From positions 1-64,000 of the IMG/VR virus record IMGVR_UViG_3300046170_000446: a stretch of DNA of 64,000 nucleotides, one strand, 5' to 3'. Below are positions 9,421 to 18,769 of this stretch, piece by piece. Origin of the DNA: a virus. Every line of letters starts with the position of its first letter. The stretch's first letter is position 1. A model generated the notes under the pieces. It searched no databases and had not been told where the DNA came from. It worked only from the letters and a program-made list of their open reading frames with translations. A program made the position numbers and the translations under genes.

Positions 9421-10131
9421 ATGGATAAATATCAGCAAGAGGTGCTCGATAATCTAACCGAGCGTCTCCAAAACGGCAAGTTCAAGCACAATCAAGTTCT
9501 CAATTCATCTCAACTCGTCAGTATGGCGATCAGAGGGAAAGCCCACCTCCGTAAAGTCCTCGGTTCTTACCCTAGCGGTAAAGACCGTCTCCGTCGATAC
9601 GCATCTGTCGCCATCAGTAATCTAACAGACGGAGGTTTGCTTGAGCACATCTCACACCGCACCTACCTCTTTAAGACCCTCTCTCAACCAGCAAGCCCTC
9701 AACCTAGCCCTCAGAGCTTCGACCTCTTCTCAAATGAAGAAGATCCTGAGATGTATGACCACGTTGAGGTAAGCGAAGCTGAAGTTAATGAGGCTGAAGA
9801 AGAGCTTGAGACTATCCTTGTAGCCTGCGCTGTGGAAGAGGGAAACTCGACTGATGACGTGACTTTTGAGGATGACGTGACTTTTGAGGATGACCTGGGA
9901 GTCCTTAGAAGCCTCGTCAACAACGAAGCACTTTGTGAGGTCATGGACGTGTTGGAGAGACACACCGTGAACCTCTCTGAGATCACTGAGATCGCCAACC
10001 AAGCTCTCACCCAATACGATGCAAGAAAAGATAAGCCCGTCGAGATTACCTTCGACTCGATTAAGGATCAGCTTGAAAAGATCGCGGAGGTGTCTGCTAA
10101 AGTGACTCGGATTAAAAACCACTTCGCTTAA
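9421..10131 (+). CDS. Hypothetical protein, possible winged-helix N-terminus and acidic middle
   Basis: ATG 9421; contains 18-bp tandem duplication encoding DDVTFE x2. Confidence 0.7.
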   Translation: MDKYQQEVLDNLTERLQNGKFKHNQVLNSSQLVSMAIRGKAHLRKVLGSYPSGKDRLRRYASVAISNLTDGGLLEHISHRTYLFKTLSQPASPQPSPQSFDLFSNEEDPEMYDHVEVSEAEVNEAEEELETILVACAVEEGNSTDDVTFEDDVTFEDDLGVLRSLVNNEALCEVMDVLERHTVNLSEITEIANQALTQYDARKDKPVEITFDSIKDQLEKIAEVSAKVTRIKNHFA

Positions 10132-10293
10132 TCGCACCCTGCCCAAATTCTATATCTGATGACCTCGCGGGCGCGTTCGCCTGTGCGCAAGGACGTGTTA
10201 TTACTAATGTTATAACACGCAGACCTTAATCTTAATCGAGCGACCTAAAAATACCGTTCAGACCGAGCTTTTATTAGCCGTGTTGCCTTGGGG

Positions 10294-10303
10294 ATAGTGT
10301 ATA
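10294..10303 (+). promoter_or_regulatory. AWAGKGTAWW motif (ATAGTGTATA, overlapping a TATAAT)
   Basis: About 30 nt upstream of the sbcC-N start. Confidence 0.5.
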
Positions 10304-10334
10304 ATAAACACACCCTTAAACTATCAAGGCAACC

Positions 10335-11501
10335 ATGAAGATTAAGATTGAAAACTTCCAAAGCCTGAAAGATATTGAGCTCGATGTGTCAGGGCTCACT
10401 ATTCTTACAGGCTCTAATAACACAGGTAAGAGCGCCGTCATCCGAGCCGTGAGCGGTGTCTTTAATAACACTCGCGGGAACAGCTTTGTTCGTTACGGTG
10501 AGAAACACTCTACCGTATCCGTAGAGTGGTCTGACACTGAGAAAGTCACATGGGAAAAAGGCAAGAGCACTAACCGCTACACTATCAACGGGAAAGTGTT
10601 CGACAAGGTAGGCTCTAATGCTCCTGATGAGCTTAAAGACTTAGGGGTTTATACGCTTAAAGCTGGTGGTAAAGAGGTGTCTCCCCAACTCGCCCCTCAG
10701 TTTACAGGTCAAGTTTTCTTACTCGACCAACCTGGATCAGTAATCGCAGACTGTATCGCAGACTCAGAGCGCGTAGTCGGCTTGAACAAAGCTCTTAAAG
10801 AGAGCGACAAGCAAAAGCGAGGCTTCAGCTCCATCCTCAAAGTGCGTGAGGGTGATCTACAGAAGCTAGACACTAAGCTAGAAGCCTACGAAGGTCTTGA
10901 TGAAGAGATCAAAGAGTGTGGAAGACTAAGTAAAGATGAGGCGAAGCTCGCTAAAGCTAACCGCATGATGGTGTGGGTCACAGAAAAGAGAGATGCGCTA
11001 AGAGAAGAATATGAGACACTCTCCATACTGAGCCCTGCAACCCAAATCGCAATCCCTAACCTCAGTGAGCTTAGGAGAGAAGCTGAGACTCTCGTATGGG
11101 CTCAAGACACTCTGACTAAGATTAAGGAGGCCCGATTTTGGGCAGAGGTGAGCGTCGAAGAGATTGGTATCCCTAATGTTAGCGCGTTACAAAAGAGGAT
11201 CGACCTCCTAGGGTGGCTACAAGACACCAAGCGCCAATGGGACGAGGCGACTAAGAAAGCCTCTTTAACAGACGAGATCACCATTCCGTCAGAGAGGAAG
11301 TTGAAAAAGGCTTGGGAGCTCTACAAAACTCTCTATGACCTTCGCGCCTCTTACAGCGATGTTCTCAAGAAGCTACGGCAAGATGAGTCAAGGCTCGAAG
11401 ATATTGATGCTGAGTTAAACGAGCTACGAGAAGAGATTAAAAGTGTATCAGAGGTGTGCCACGCGTGTGGTAGACCACTAGAAGGGAGTGACCATTGTTA
11501 A
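10335..11501 (+). CDS. sbcC: SbcC/Rad50-like ATPase, N-terminal half ending in zinc hook
   Basis: IKIENFQS, Walker A GSNNTGKS, Q-loop region, coiled coil, terminal CHACGRPL; no Walker B. Confidence 0.88.
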   Translation: MKIKIENFQSLKDIELDVSGLTILTGSNNTGKSAVIRAVSGVFNNTRGNSFVRYGEKHSTVSVEWSDTEKVTWEKGKSTNRYTINGKVFDKVGSNAPDELKDLGVYTLKAGGKEVSPQLAPQFTGQVFLLDQPGSVIADCIADSERVVGLNKALKESDKQKRGFSSILKVREGDLQKLDTKLEAYEGLDEEIKECGRLSKDEAKLAKANRMMVWVTEKRDALREEYETLSILSPATQIAIPNLSELRREAETLVWAQDTLTKIKEARFWAEVSVEEIGIPNVSALQKRIDLLGWLQDTKRQWDEATKKASLTDEITIPSERKLKKAWELYKTLYDLRASYSDVLKKLRQDESRLEDIDAELNELREEIKSVSEVCHACGRPLEGSDHC

Positions 11502-12466
11502 GGTTTATATGGAGAACAGATATCCACGTCTCTGATCATGCCCCTAGGCGAAGATCAGATGAATGGAATAAGGCTCTCTTAGAAAAGATTAGATGGATAG
11601 GGCGCTACGCAAAAGAAGTCGGCGCTGACGCAGTGATTGACGGAGGCGACTTTTTCGATGTGAAGTCACCTGCTAAGAATAGCCATAAACTCATTCAGCA
11701 AGTGATCGAAGCTCACGCGGATTACCCCTGCCCTGTTTACGCTAATGTCGGTAACCATGACTGCGTATACGGCGACTACAGCTTCCTCCCCCAACAACCC
11801 CTCGGAGTGCTGTTCTCAGCAGGAGTGTTTAAGCGCCTGTATGACGAACATGATCTGAGGCTCACCTCTGTAGATGGTACGTCAGTGCGGGTCTGCGGTG
11901 TGCCTTACCACGGAGTAAGGTATGACATGGGGCGCTTTAACATTAAGAAGGGCGATGAAGACTACCTTATTACAGCGGCACACGTTCTTGCCTCTAAGAC
12001 AGGAGGGAATATGTTCGAGGGTGAGGACATTGTTAAGTATAACGACCTCACTCAGTACGAAACAGACCTGTGGCTCTTCGGACATTGGCATAAAGACCAA
12101 GGGATTGCCGATATTGGAGACAATAAGAAAGCCGTAAACCTTGGGTCTTTATCAAGGGGCTCACTGAGCCAAGACAATCTTGACAGGAAGCCGAAAGTCG
12201 CTCTGATCACCGTGTCTGAGAACGGGCTAGAGGTCGAAGAGATTATCGTGCCTCACAAGCCAGCTTCTGAAGTCTTCAATGTTGAGCAAAAGGTCAGAGA
12301 GGAAGCTGAAGAGGGGCGGATCGCCTCGTTTGTGGAGAGTTTAAAAGTCCTCTCTAATCAAAGCGCCGCGAAGCTACCTATTAAGGATAAGATTAAGAGC
12401 CTTGACATTGGCGAGGAGGTCAAAGAAAAGGCTTATTTACTACTAGAACAGTTTGATGTGAGGTGA
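11495..12466 (+). CDS. sbcD: SbcD/Mre11-like metallophosphoesterase nuclease
   Basis: TDIH, GGDFFD, GNHD, FGHWH, NLGSLSR motifs. Confidence 0.9.
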   Translation: MLRFIWRTDIHVSDHAPRRRSDEWNKALLEKIRWIGRYAKEVGADAVIDGGDFFDVKSPAKNSHKLIQQVIEAHADYPCPVYANVGNHDCVYGDYSFLPQQPLGVLFSAGVFKRLYDEHDLRLTSVDGTSVRVCGVPYHGVRYDMGRFNIKKGDEDYLITAAHVLASKTGGNMFEGEDIVKYNDLTQYETDLWLFGHWHKDQGIADIGDNKKAVNLGSLSRGSLSQDNLDRKPKVALITVSENGLEVEEIIVPHKPASEVFNVEQKVREEAEEGRIASFVESLKVLSNQSAAKLPIKDKIKSLDIGEEVKEKAYLLLEQFDVR

Positions 12467-13408
12467 GTGATGAGAAGACCTTTTACACTCTATTGGTCAT
12501 CCTTAGAGAAGTACGAAGAATGCCCTCAAAAGTTTTTATGGTATCGTGGTTGGCAAGGTATCGACTGCGGCGGTGGTGAGGGGAAGAAGAAACCTATCCC
12601 TGAGCGCAAGTCAGAGCACCACCTGCTCATGGGTATCGTCATCGCAGAGGCTGTAGAGCACCTCTATAATGACGAGTTGTGGAAACACCCTAAAGACCTT
12701 AAGACGCGCCTTGAAGAGATCGTCAACAGGTCGTTCAAATGGCAGATTGAGAAGCGGTACATCAATTGGGAGGAGTCCCCTCCTCAGAGCCAGCTTAGGC
12801 AAGTCTGTCTTGACGGCGCGATTAACTACCTTAAGACGATGAAACACAACAAGCTCTTAGGCCCTTATGCGCGGTCTGAAGTAGACTTGCTTGCTTATGT
12901 CGATGATTACACTCCCATCGGCGGGAGAGCAGATAAGATTATCCGTAGAGACGACACAGGGATCACCATCATCGACGGTAAGAATAGCTCATCGGTAGGT
13001 AAGTATACTAACCCTGATCAACTCAAGTGGTACGCGCTATGCTTCTACCTGGCATACCACAAGCTCCCCGACCATCTTTTCTTCTGCTACTACCGTTACC
13101 CTTACGGTAGCCCTCCTGATGGAGTCGATGAGGAAGCATGGACAGGGCTTGTTGAGGTGAGCTTTGAAGAAGCAGACATTAAAGAGCTGGCTCTAAGAGC
13201 ACAGAAGACCTTTAAAGCGATGAACCAAGGCAAATTTGAAGCCACACCTAGCGGTAAGTCATGTCGCTTCTGCGAGTATGAGTCCGTGTGTCCTGAGAGG
13301 CAGAGCACTAAAAGGACAAGAGGGCCGTCTAAGACAGAAAAGGCAATCGTTGAAGCTACTCAAGAAAGTGGAGATGGGGTTAAGTTATTTAGCCTCGATG
13401 ACCTCTAA
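12467..13408 (+). CDS. PD-(D/E)XK (RecB/AddB/Cas4-like) exonuclease with Cys cluster
   Basis: YEECPQKF, GRADKI..IIDGK, QLKWYAL, CRFCEYESVC. Confidence 0.85.
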   Translation: MMRRPFTLYWSSLEKYEECPQKFLWYRGWQGIDCGGGEGKKKPIPERKSEHHLLMGIVIAEAVEHLYNDELWKHPKDLKTRLEEIVNRSFKWQIEKRYINWEESPPQSQLRQVCLDGAINYLKTMKHNKLLGPYARSEVDLLAYVDDYTPIGGRADKIIRRDDTGITIIDGKNSSSVGKYTNPDQLKWYALCFYLAYHKLPDHLFFCYYRYPYGSPPDGVDEEAWTGLVEVSFEEADIKELALRAQKTFKAMNQGKFEATPSGKSCRFCEYESVCPERQSTKRTRGPSKTEKAIVEATQESGDGVKLFSLDDL

Positions 13409-13418
13409 ATAGTGTAAA
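13409..13418 (+). promoter_or_regulatory. AWAGKGTAWW motif (ATAGTGTAAA)
   Basis: Intergenic, upstream of 13455. Confidence 0.45.
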
Positions 13419-13454
13419 GAAGGCACACCTAAGACACAGCAAAGGAGCACCAAG

Positions 13455-13730
13455 GTGGACTTGAAAGAGACAATCGAGGAGATGTTCGCTCGGCAGAACG
13501 CTCTCGCAACAGAAAAGGCTCGTATACAGGGTCGAGTAGAGGAAGCTAAGGAGCGCCTCAAGTCACTCGAAGACGCTTGCACTGAGAAGGGCATTGACCC
13601 TAACGCTTTGGATGAGGTCATCGAAAAGCTCGACCGAAAGATCAAAGACATGACTCATAAGTTTGAGTCGGAGATCGCTTCTGCGGAAGACCGCATCAAC
13701 ACCATCCTAAACAACGTAAATGAGAGGTAA
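13455..13730 (+). CDS. Small coiled-coil protein, possibly a partner of the split SbcC
   Basis: AAGGAG RBS, GTG start, heptad pattern throughout. Confidence 0.75.
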   Translation: MDLKETIEEMFARQNALATEKARIQGRVEEAKERLKSLEDACTEKGIDPNALDEVIEKLDRKIKDMTHKFESEIASAEDRINTILNNVNER

Positions 13731-13731
13731 C

Positions 13732-14961
13732 ATGAAGATTACAACAACCCCTTCTAACCTTAACAACACACTTAAGCTCATCTCCCCCACAGTCTCTAAC
13801 ATTGATGAGATCACTCAGAATGTTTCTTTTCATGTAGAAGGAGGTAATGTAACCCTCGCCTCTACAAACTACACAGGCTTCTCTAAGGCTACACTTGAGT
13901 GTTCTGTTGAAGGGGAAGACACCAGCTTCACCATTGAGTACAAGCGCCTCAGTATGTGGCTCAAGGCTTCCGCTAAGAAAGCTGAGGTGAACCTAACTTT
14001 CAAAGACTCCTCAGTCACTGCTACGGCTAAGGGCTCGAAGTCTCGCGTGACTTTCCCGTCTCTCTCTGAAGACAGCCTCTTTAAGTTCCCTGAGACGCTT
14101 GATGAAGAGCAAGAGACGGTCAAGTGTAAGACAGACCGTCTCTACAACGCGCTTAAGTATATTAGAAGCGCCGTGTACAAAGACGACGACCGCCCAACGC
14201 TTAACCTTGTCGAGTGTCGCGACGGCTCACTCCTGGGCTCAGACAGCGTGGCTATGGCGACCCTATCACTTGAGGGCTTTGAGAACTGTAAGATTAAGGT
14301 GCAGGCTCAAGAGCTCGGTAATCTAATCAACTTCCTAGGCGGGCAAGGTGAAGCTGATGTCTCTGTCAGAGAAGGCGATACCTCTACTCACTTCGTAACG
14401 GAGAGCGCGGTGTTCGGACTCTCTCACTACAACTCTTCTTTCCCATCTTTCAATCCTGAAGAAGAAGGTGTTGAGTGGACTTCTTGGGCGGTAGACTGCG
14501 AAGAGTTGAAAGAGGCTCTCGCAATCCTCTCTGCCTCTGCGGATTTCGACGTTAAGCATGATCAACAATGCGCAGACTTAACAAAGAGCGAAGAGTCGAT
14601 CCGCGTTGAGATGATCGGAGCAGATGGTAAAGTAGGGTTTGCTGATATCCCCCTCTTAAACGAAGAGGAGGAGGAGGGGGAAGAAGCGAGCGAGGCTGAA
14701 GATGTAGATGCCACTATTGAGTCAGCCATTGGTGAAGACTTCTGCGACAGCGAAGAAAGCGACGAGGAAGAAACTAATGAAGAGGTTACTACCTTCTCTA
14801 TCTCGACCAAGAGGCTCGGAGAGCTTCTAAACAAGCACCTCTCAGACACGATTACCCTCGACCTTATGGCGAAAGGCAATGGAGGTATGCTTCGTGTTCA
14901 GACCAGCGTAGGAGAAGACCTCTACTCATCTTACCTCGCATGGATGAAGAGACGTGCTTGA
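13732..14961 (+). CDS. dnaN: DNA polymerase III beta sliding clamp-like protein with acidic insertion
   Basis: MKITT..LNNTLKLI, VTLASTN, DDDRPTLNLV, LLGSDS, FPSF; three-domain length. Confidence 0.75.
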   Translation: MKITTTPSNLNNTLKLISPTVSNIDEITQNVSFHVEGGNVTLASTNYTGFSKATLECSVEGEDTSFTIEYKRLSMWLKASAKKAEVNLTFKDSSVTATAKGSKSRVTFPSLSEDSLFKFPETLDEEQETVKCKTDRLYNALKYIRSAVYKDDDRPTLNLVECRDGSLLGSDSVAMATLSLEGFENCKIKVQAQELGNLINFLGGQGEADVSVREGDTSTHFVTESAVFGLSHYNSSFPSFNPEEEGVEWTSWAVDCEELKEALAILSASADFDVKHDQQCADLTKSEESIRVEMIGADGKVGFADIPLLNEEEEEGEEASEAEDVDATIESAIGEDFCDSEESDEEETNEEVTTFSISTKRLGELLNKHLSDTITLDLMAKGNGGMLRVQTSVGEDLYSSYLAWMKRRA

Positions 14962-15572
14962 TCTCAAGGAAAAAGTGTCTAACCTCAAGGCGCTCAGAGA
15001 GAATGACTTGAGGGACAGAGACGCTCTTCGCCTTGAGATCGAAGATTTAAGATTACAGAGAGAGACGCTTGAGAAGGTGTCTACCCTCTTCCGTAAGCTC
15101 ATAGACGATGAGGTTAATGATGGAGTCGCCTCTATTGAACACCTACAGACAGAAGGCTTGCGGGCTGTGTTTGAGGATCAAGACCTCTCCGTCAAGGCTG
15201 AGGTGTCAGAGTCTCGCGGTAAGATTAGCGTTAACTTAACCACGATCCAAAAGAAGGGCGGAGAGATCACAGAGGCTCACTCGCTGGATGCTTTCGGTGG
15301 CGCGGTCACTACCGTACAATCTGTGTTGATGCGGGTAGGAGTCATTATGACTCAAGGTATGCGCCCCCTTGTCCTGCTAGACGAGTCACTCCCCTGCTTT
15401 CGATGACCATTACGTCCACAACATGATGCATTTCTTATCAGACTTGTGTAGCCGTCTTAATTTTGACATCCTCCTCGTCACACACAACCAAAGCATTGTC
15501 GAGAGCGCAGACAAAGCATACCGACTTGTACGCAAAGGCGATGAGGTTAAGGTGCAGACGATAAAGGGCTAG
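14954..15572 (+). CDS. SbcC/Rad50-like ATPase, C-terminal half (one surplus base at 15391-15394)
   Basis: Signature-like DAFGGA and Walker B LVLLDESLP; removing one C gives AFDDHYV...DILLVTHNQSIVESADKAYRL (D-loop/H-loop) to TAG 15572. Confidence 0.85.
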
Positions 15573-15575
15573 ATA

Positions 15576-15980
15576 ATGAAAACCCCTAGAGAGATCAGGC
15601 ACAAGATCAAACAAGCAAGATACCGCCACTTGAAACGTGCTATAAGAAAAGGGCTCTCTAGGAAGCCTTGCAACTGCTTCTTTAATCGCTCAGTGCGCCC
15701 CCCTAATCAGCCCAACCTAGGTGTCTGTATGAAAGGGTCGCAAGACTTAGCTACGTGGAAAGGTGTCGTGTGTGATGAAGCACACGGAGGGCTCGGTAAA
15801 GCCTCTAACTGCCCTTTCTTCAAAGAGCGCCACACTAAAGAAGAAATTACCGCTAAGTTTGAGGTTTCCTTAGAAGGCGCTACCTTTGTCGAAGTAGCTG
15901 AGAAATACCCTGACATGGCGGCTCTAATGTGGGTACTCACTGAGAGCGAGCAAGATACTAATGAAGAAGATGAGGACTAA
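15576..15980 (+). CDS. Cys-rich hypothetical protein (possible Zn/Fe-S binding)
   Basis: PCNC...GVC...VVC...NCPFF. Confidence 0.7.
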   Translation: MKTPREIRHKIKQARYRHLKRAIRKGLSRKPCNCFFNRSVRPPNQPNLGVCMKGSQDLATWKGVVCDEAHGGLGKASNCPFFKERHTKEEITAKFEVSLEGATFVEVAEKYPDMAALMWVLTESEQDTNEEDED

Positions 15981-15983
15981 CCC

Positions 15984-16490
15984 ATGCTTTTAAATGAACA
16001 CAAACTGACAGCTAAAGAAGAGAAGGCGTTATTCCTGGAGTTTCCTGTAGACACACGCTGTGCTCCGTTTCTTATAACAGCTACTCAGAAGTTGATGTGG
16101 GTGAGCAAGACAAATGCTTCAGGCAATATCCGATCCGCTTTCCAAAACCCTAAAGACACAGGTCTAATGTACTCTAATATTATAGATGAGATTATGAGCA
16201 AGTCTGAAGAGAGCGATTGGGGGCTGGTGTTCCCCAAATCAAAAGAGGGGCTCAAGCAAGCATTAGAGCGAATGGCTTACTATGAGATAGACGATATAGA
16301 ATTTATAGCCCCTGCGGAGGAGTCAGGTGATTTGATCCCTGACAACGCTCAGAGAGTTTCTTGGCTCCAAGGCTGTATCCTAATCGTCCCCAAAAACCGA
16401 GACTATCTCGGAAACTTATTAACTACACCTCGCAATAAGACAATGGCACTAGTCCATAATGCGAGCAGAGGGATTTGTATCTTACAATGA
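15984..16490 (+). CDS. Hypothetical protein, weak resemblance to the major capsid protein termini
   Basis: C-terminal GCILIVPKNRDYLGNL...ALVHNASRGICIL vs MCP GTVYVCCEPEMFGRI...GAFNPRGLVRL. Confidence 0.65.
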   Translation: MLLNEHKLTAKEEKALFLEFPVDTRCAPFLITATQKLMWVSKTNASGNIRSAFQNPKDTGLMYSNIIDEIMSKSEESDWGLVFPKSKEGLKQALERMAYYEIDDIEFIAPAEESGDLIPDNAQRVSWLQGCILIVPKNRDYLGNLLTTPRNKTMALVHNASRGICILQ

Positions 16491-17207
16491 AGGAAGAGGA
16501 TTGGCTCAAAGACACCTTCGACAACTTCTTAGAGTTAGACGAAGGCCATGAAGACTACCTACTAGGTCGCGGGGCAAAGTCCTCTACGATACGAGAGCTT
16601 AACATTAAGAGTTGGGAGCGCCCTTTTGAGCCCTCTCCCTCTAATAGCTTCACAGAGAAATACGGGCAATACGGGGAGAGGTTAGAGGGAATGCTAGCGA
16701 TCCCCTTGTATTCGCCAAGAAATCAAATCGTCGGTGTCGAGTTTAGGTCTACTGAAGAGAAGCGAGTCATGGAGTACCGCACACCTAGAGCTCAGTGGAA
16801 CGCAGTCTTCGCTGGGTTAAAGAACGCACTTCCTAATATTATAAACGGCGGAAGCGTTTACATTACAGAAGGCATCTTCGACCTGTTCGCGCTTGAGTGG
16901 GTAGTCTCTGAAGACAGTGCTGTAATCAGCACAATAGGGGCTAGGCTCTCTAAGAACCACGTAAACTTCTTATCTCGCTTCGCCCAAAAGAGCGTTAACA
17001 TGGTATACGACAATGACGAGACAGGGAAAAATGCAACTTGGGGGGTAAAGACTGACGACGGAAAGTGTAAAGTAGGCGCAGTCGAGCTACTTGAAAGAAG
17101 AGGGCTCGATGTGAGAGCGATACAATATCATGGGGCTAAAGACCCCTGGAGAAATATGGGATCGAGGTGGCGCAAACGCTCTCTACGAAGCCTTCCCCAA
17201 CCTATAA
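16487..17207 (+). CDS. DnaG-type primase catalytic/TOPRIM domain (one surplus base at 17143-17146)
   Basis: YLLGRG, LAIPL, VYITEGIFDLFAL, YDNDETGK; removing one C gives KDPGEIWDRGG...FPNL-stop; no N-terminal zinc finger. Confidence 0.88.
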
Positions 17208-17223
17208 ACTAGGAGAATAAAAC

Positions 17224-17676
17224 ATGGCAGACCTTTGGACAGCACGATTAGACGACGGGGTGTGGAGCATCATCAGCCACCTCATCGGAAACTACCACCC
17301 ACACTTGGCAGGAGTCTCTCAAGAGATTGTTGTCCTCTTCCGAGACAAGGCGTCTAAGAGTGGTGGTAAAGAAATCCTTGGTACGACACGTAAGGTGTCA
17401 AAGAAAACGAATGCTATCGCTGGCACTGAGTACGCTTTTGAAATCGAGCTTGCTTACGATAAGTGGATCGGGCTCTCAGAAGCCCAAAAGACTGCGCTGA
17501 TTGACCACCACCTGTGTGCGATGAACGCTGAAGAGGATGAGCAGACCGCAGAGCTTAAGTGTTCAGTGCGCCCACCTGATGTCTTCTACTATCACGGTGA
17601 GATTGAGCGCCACGGAGATTGGCGACCACGCGAAGAGGAAGAGTCTGAGGACGGCGAGGGAGGCGACGATGAGTAA
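17224..17676 (+). CDS. Putative phage metallopeptidase-like protein
   Basis: HPHL...F.IEL...W..LS..QK.ALIDHHLC...VRPPDV..Y.GEIERHG pattern (HExxH degenerate). Confidence 0.7.
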   Translation: MADLWTARLDDGVWSIISHLIGNYHPHLAGVSQEIVVLFRDKASKSGGKEILGTTRKVSKKTNAIAGTEYAFEIELAYDKWIGLSEAQKTALIDHHLCAMNAEEDEQTAELKCSVRPPDVFYYHGEIERHGDWRPREEEESEDGEGGDDE

Positions 17677-17992
17677 GGATTTCTCAGAATACCAAAAGGA
17701 GACTCGTCAGACTGCGATCTACCCTAAGGACAAGGCTCTCGAATACCTCTGTTTAGGACTCGCGAGTGAGGCGGGAGAAGTCGCAGGGAAGCTAAAGAAG
17801 GTGATCAGAGACACGCCTGAAGAGTTTCCTAAGAAAGACATGATCTCCGAGCTTGGCGATGTACTGTGGTATCTCGCACGTATCGCAGATGAGCTGGACG
17901 TAGACCTCTCTAATGTTGCGCAGGGTAACATTAACAAGCTCCGCGACCGCAAGAATAAGGGGACTATCAAGGGAAGCGGAGACAACCGATAA
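17669..17992 (+). CDS. mazG: MazG-like nucleotide pyrophosphohydrolase
   Basis: LGLASEAGEVAGKLKKVIRD...ELGDVLWYLA...NINKLRDR...GSGDNR. Confidence 0.92.
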   Translation: MSKDFSEYQKETRQTAIYPKDKALEYLCLGLASEAGEVAGKLKKVIRDTPEEFPKKDMISELGDVLWYLARIADELDVDLSNVAQGNINKLRDRKNKGTIKGSGDNR

Positions 17993-18154
17993 ATGAAACT
18001 TGATCAAATCTTGGAGGGGGATAAAGTAGAAATCTTAAAAAACTTTCCGAATGACTGTGTAGATTTAATTGTCACTTCCCCTCCTTACAATAACTGGAGA
18101 AATAGGAGGACTCAAAAAAAAGAGAAGCCTATTGGAATAGGACAAATACTGTGA
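17993..18154 (+). pseudogene. Truncated N4/N6 DNA methyltransferase remnant
   Basis: MKLDQILEGDKVEILKNFPNDCVDLIVTSPPYN... stop after 53 aa; SPPY motif present, rest of enzyme absent. Confidence 0.8.
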
Positions 18155-18158
18155 CCTA

Positions 18159-18425
18159 ATGTTAAAAGTGGTCGCTAGCTACGAAGACCCTTTTGAAATA
18201 ACCTCCCTTACGTTTAACGGAGACAAGTTGCTCGCGGGTATGTTTAAGGAGCACTACAGCCGACCTATAACAGGCTACTTTATAGGGAAGGCTTCTAAGA
18301 AAAATATCCAAAACGTAAAAAAAGTGCTCAGGAGGATGGCTCTTGAAGTGGAAGGGATACAGGTTAGCTCAGAAAACTACCCTGACCTCATACCCCCTGC
18401 GGATAAAGAAGGCGCTAAATATTAG
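18159..18425 (+). CDS. Hypothetical protein
   Basis: 88-aa ORF. Confidence 0.55.
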   Translation: MLKVVASYEDPFEITSLTFNGDKLLAGMFKEHYSRPITGYFIGKASKKNIQNVKKVLRRMALEVEGIQVSSENYPDLIPPADKEGAKY

Positions 18426-18636
18426 CGCCGTTAAATCTAGCCTGGTTCTCCAAATAAAGCCTCGCCGATTTCGATATCTCCACTACATCTACCCTTGCAG
18501 TTTTGAGCGCATTTTCTTGCTCAACCTTCTCCGCGCTCTTCTCTGCGAGTAATCTTAGAGAGTATGCCTTCTCTACTTGCCCCCTGTGTGTGCCGTATAA
18601 CGGTTGACCTGTGGTAGAGTTGCGAACGTAATACAT
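18415..18636 (-). CDS. Hypothetical protein
   Basis: 73-aa ORF, convergent with previous gene. Confidence 0.45.
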   Translation of the reverse strand: MYYVRNSTTGQPLYGTHRGQVEKAYSLRLLAEKSAEKVEQENALKTARVDVVEISKSARLYLENQARFNGANI

Positions 18637-18722
18637 AATATTCCCACACTTTCTTGCGCGTCTTTTTGTAGGTAATCAACAGTTTGTCGCGCTAACTTTT
18701 TTTAGGACGTGTTCCCTGTGTA

Positions 18723-18732
18723 ATAGGGTATA
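18723..18732 (+). promoter_or_regulatory. AWAGKGTAWW motif (ATAGGGTATA)
   Basis: Upstream of dnaX. Confidence 0.45.
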
Positions 18733-18769
18733 GAGTGTACCTACATCTTACCATTCACATGGAGACCTT

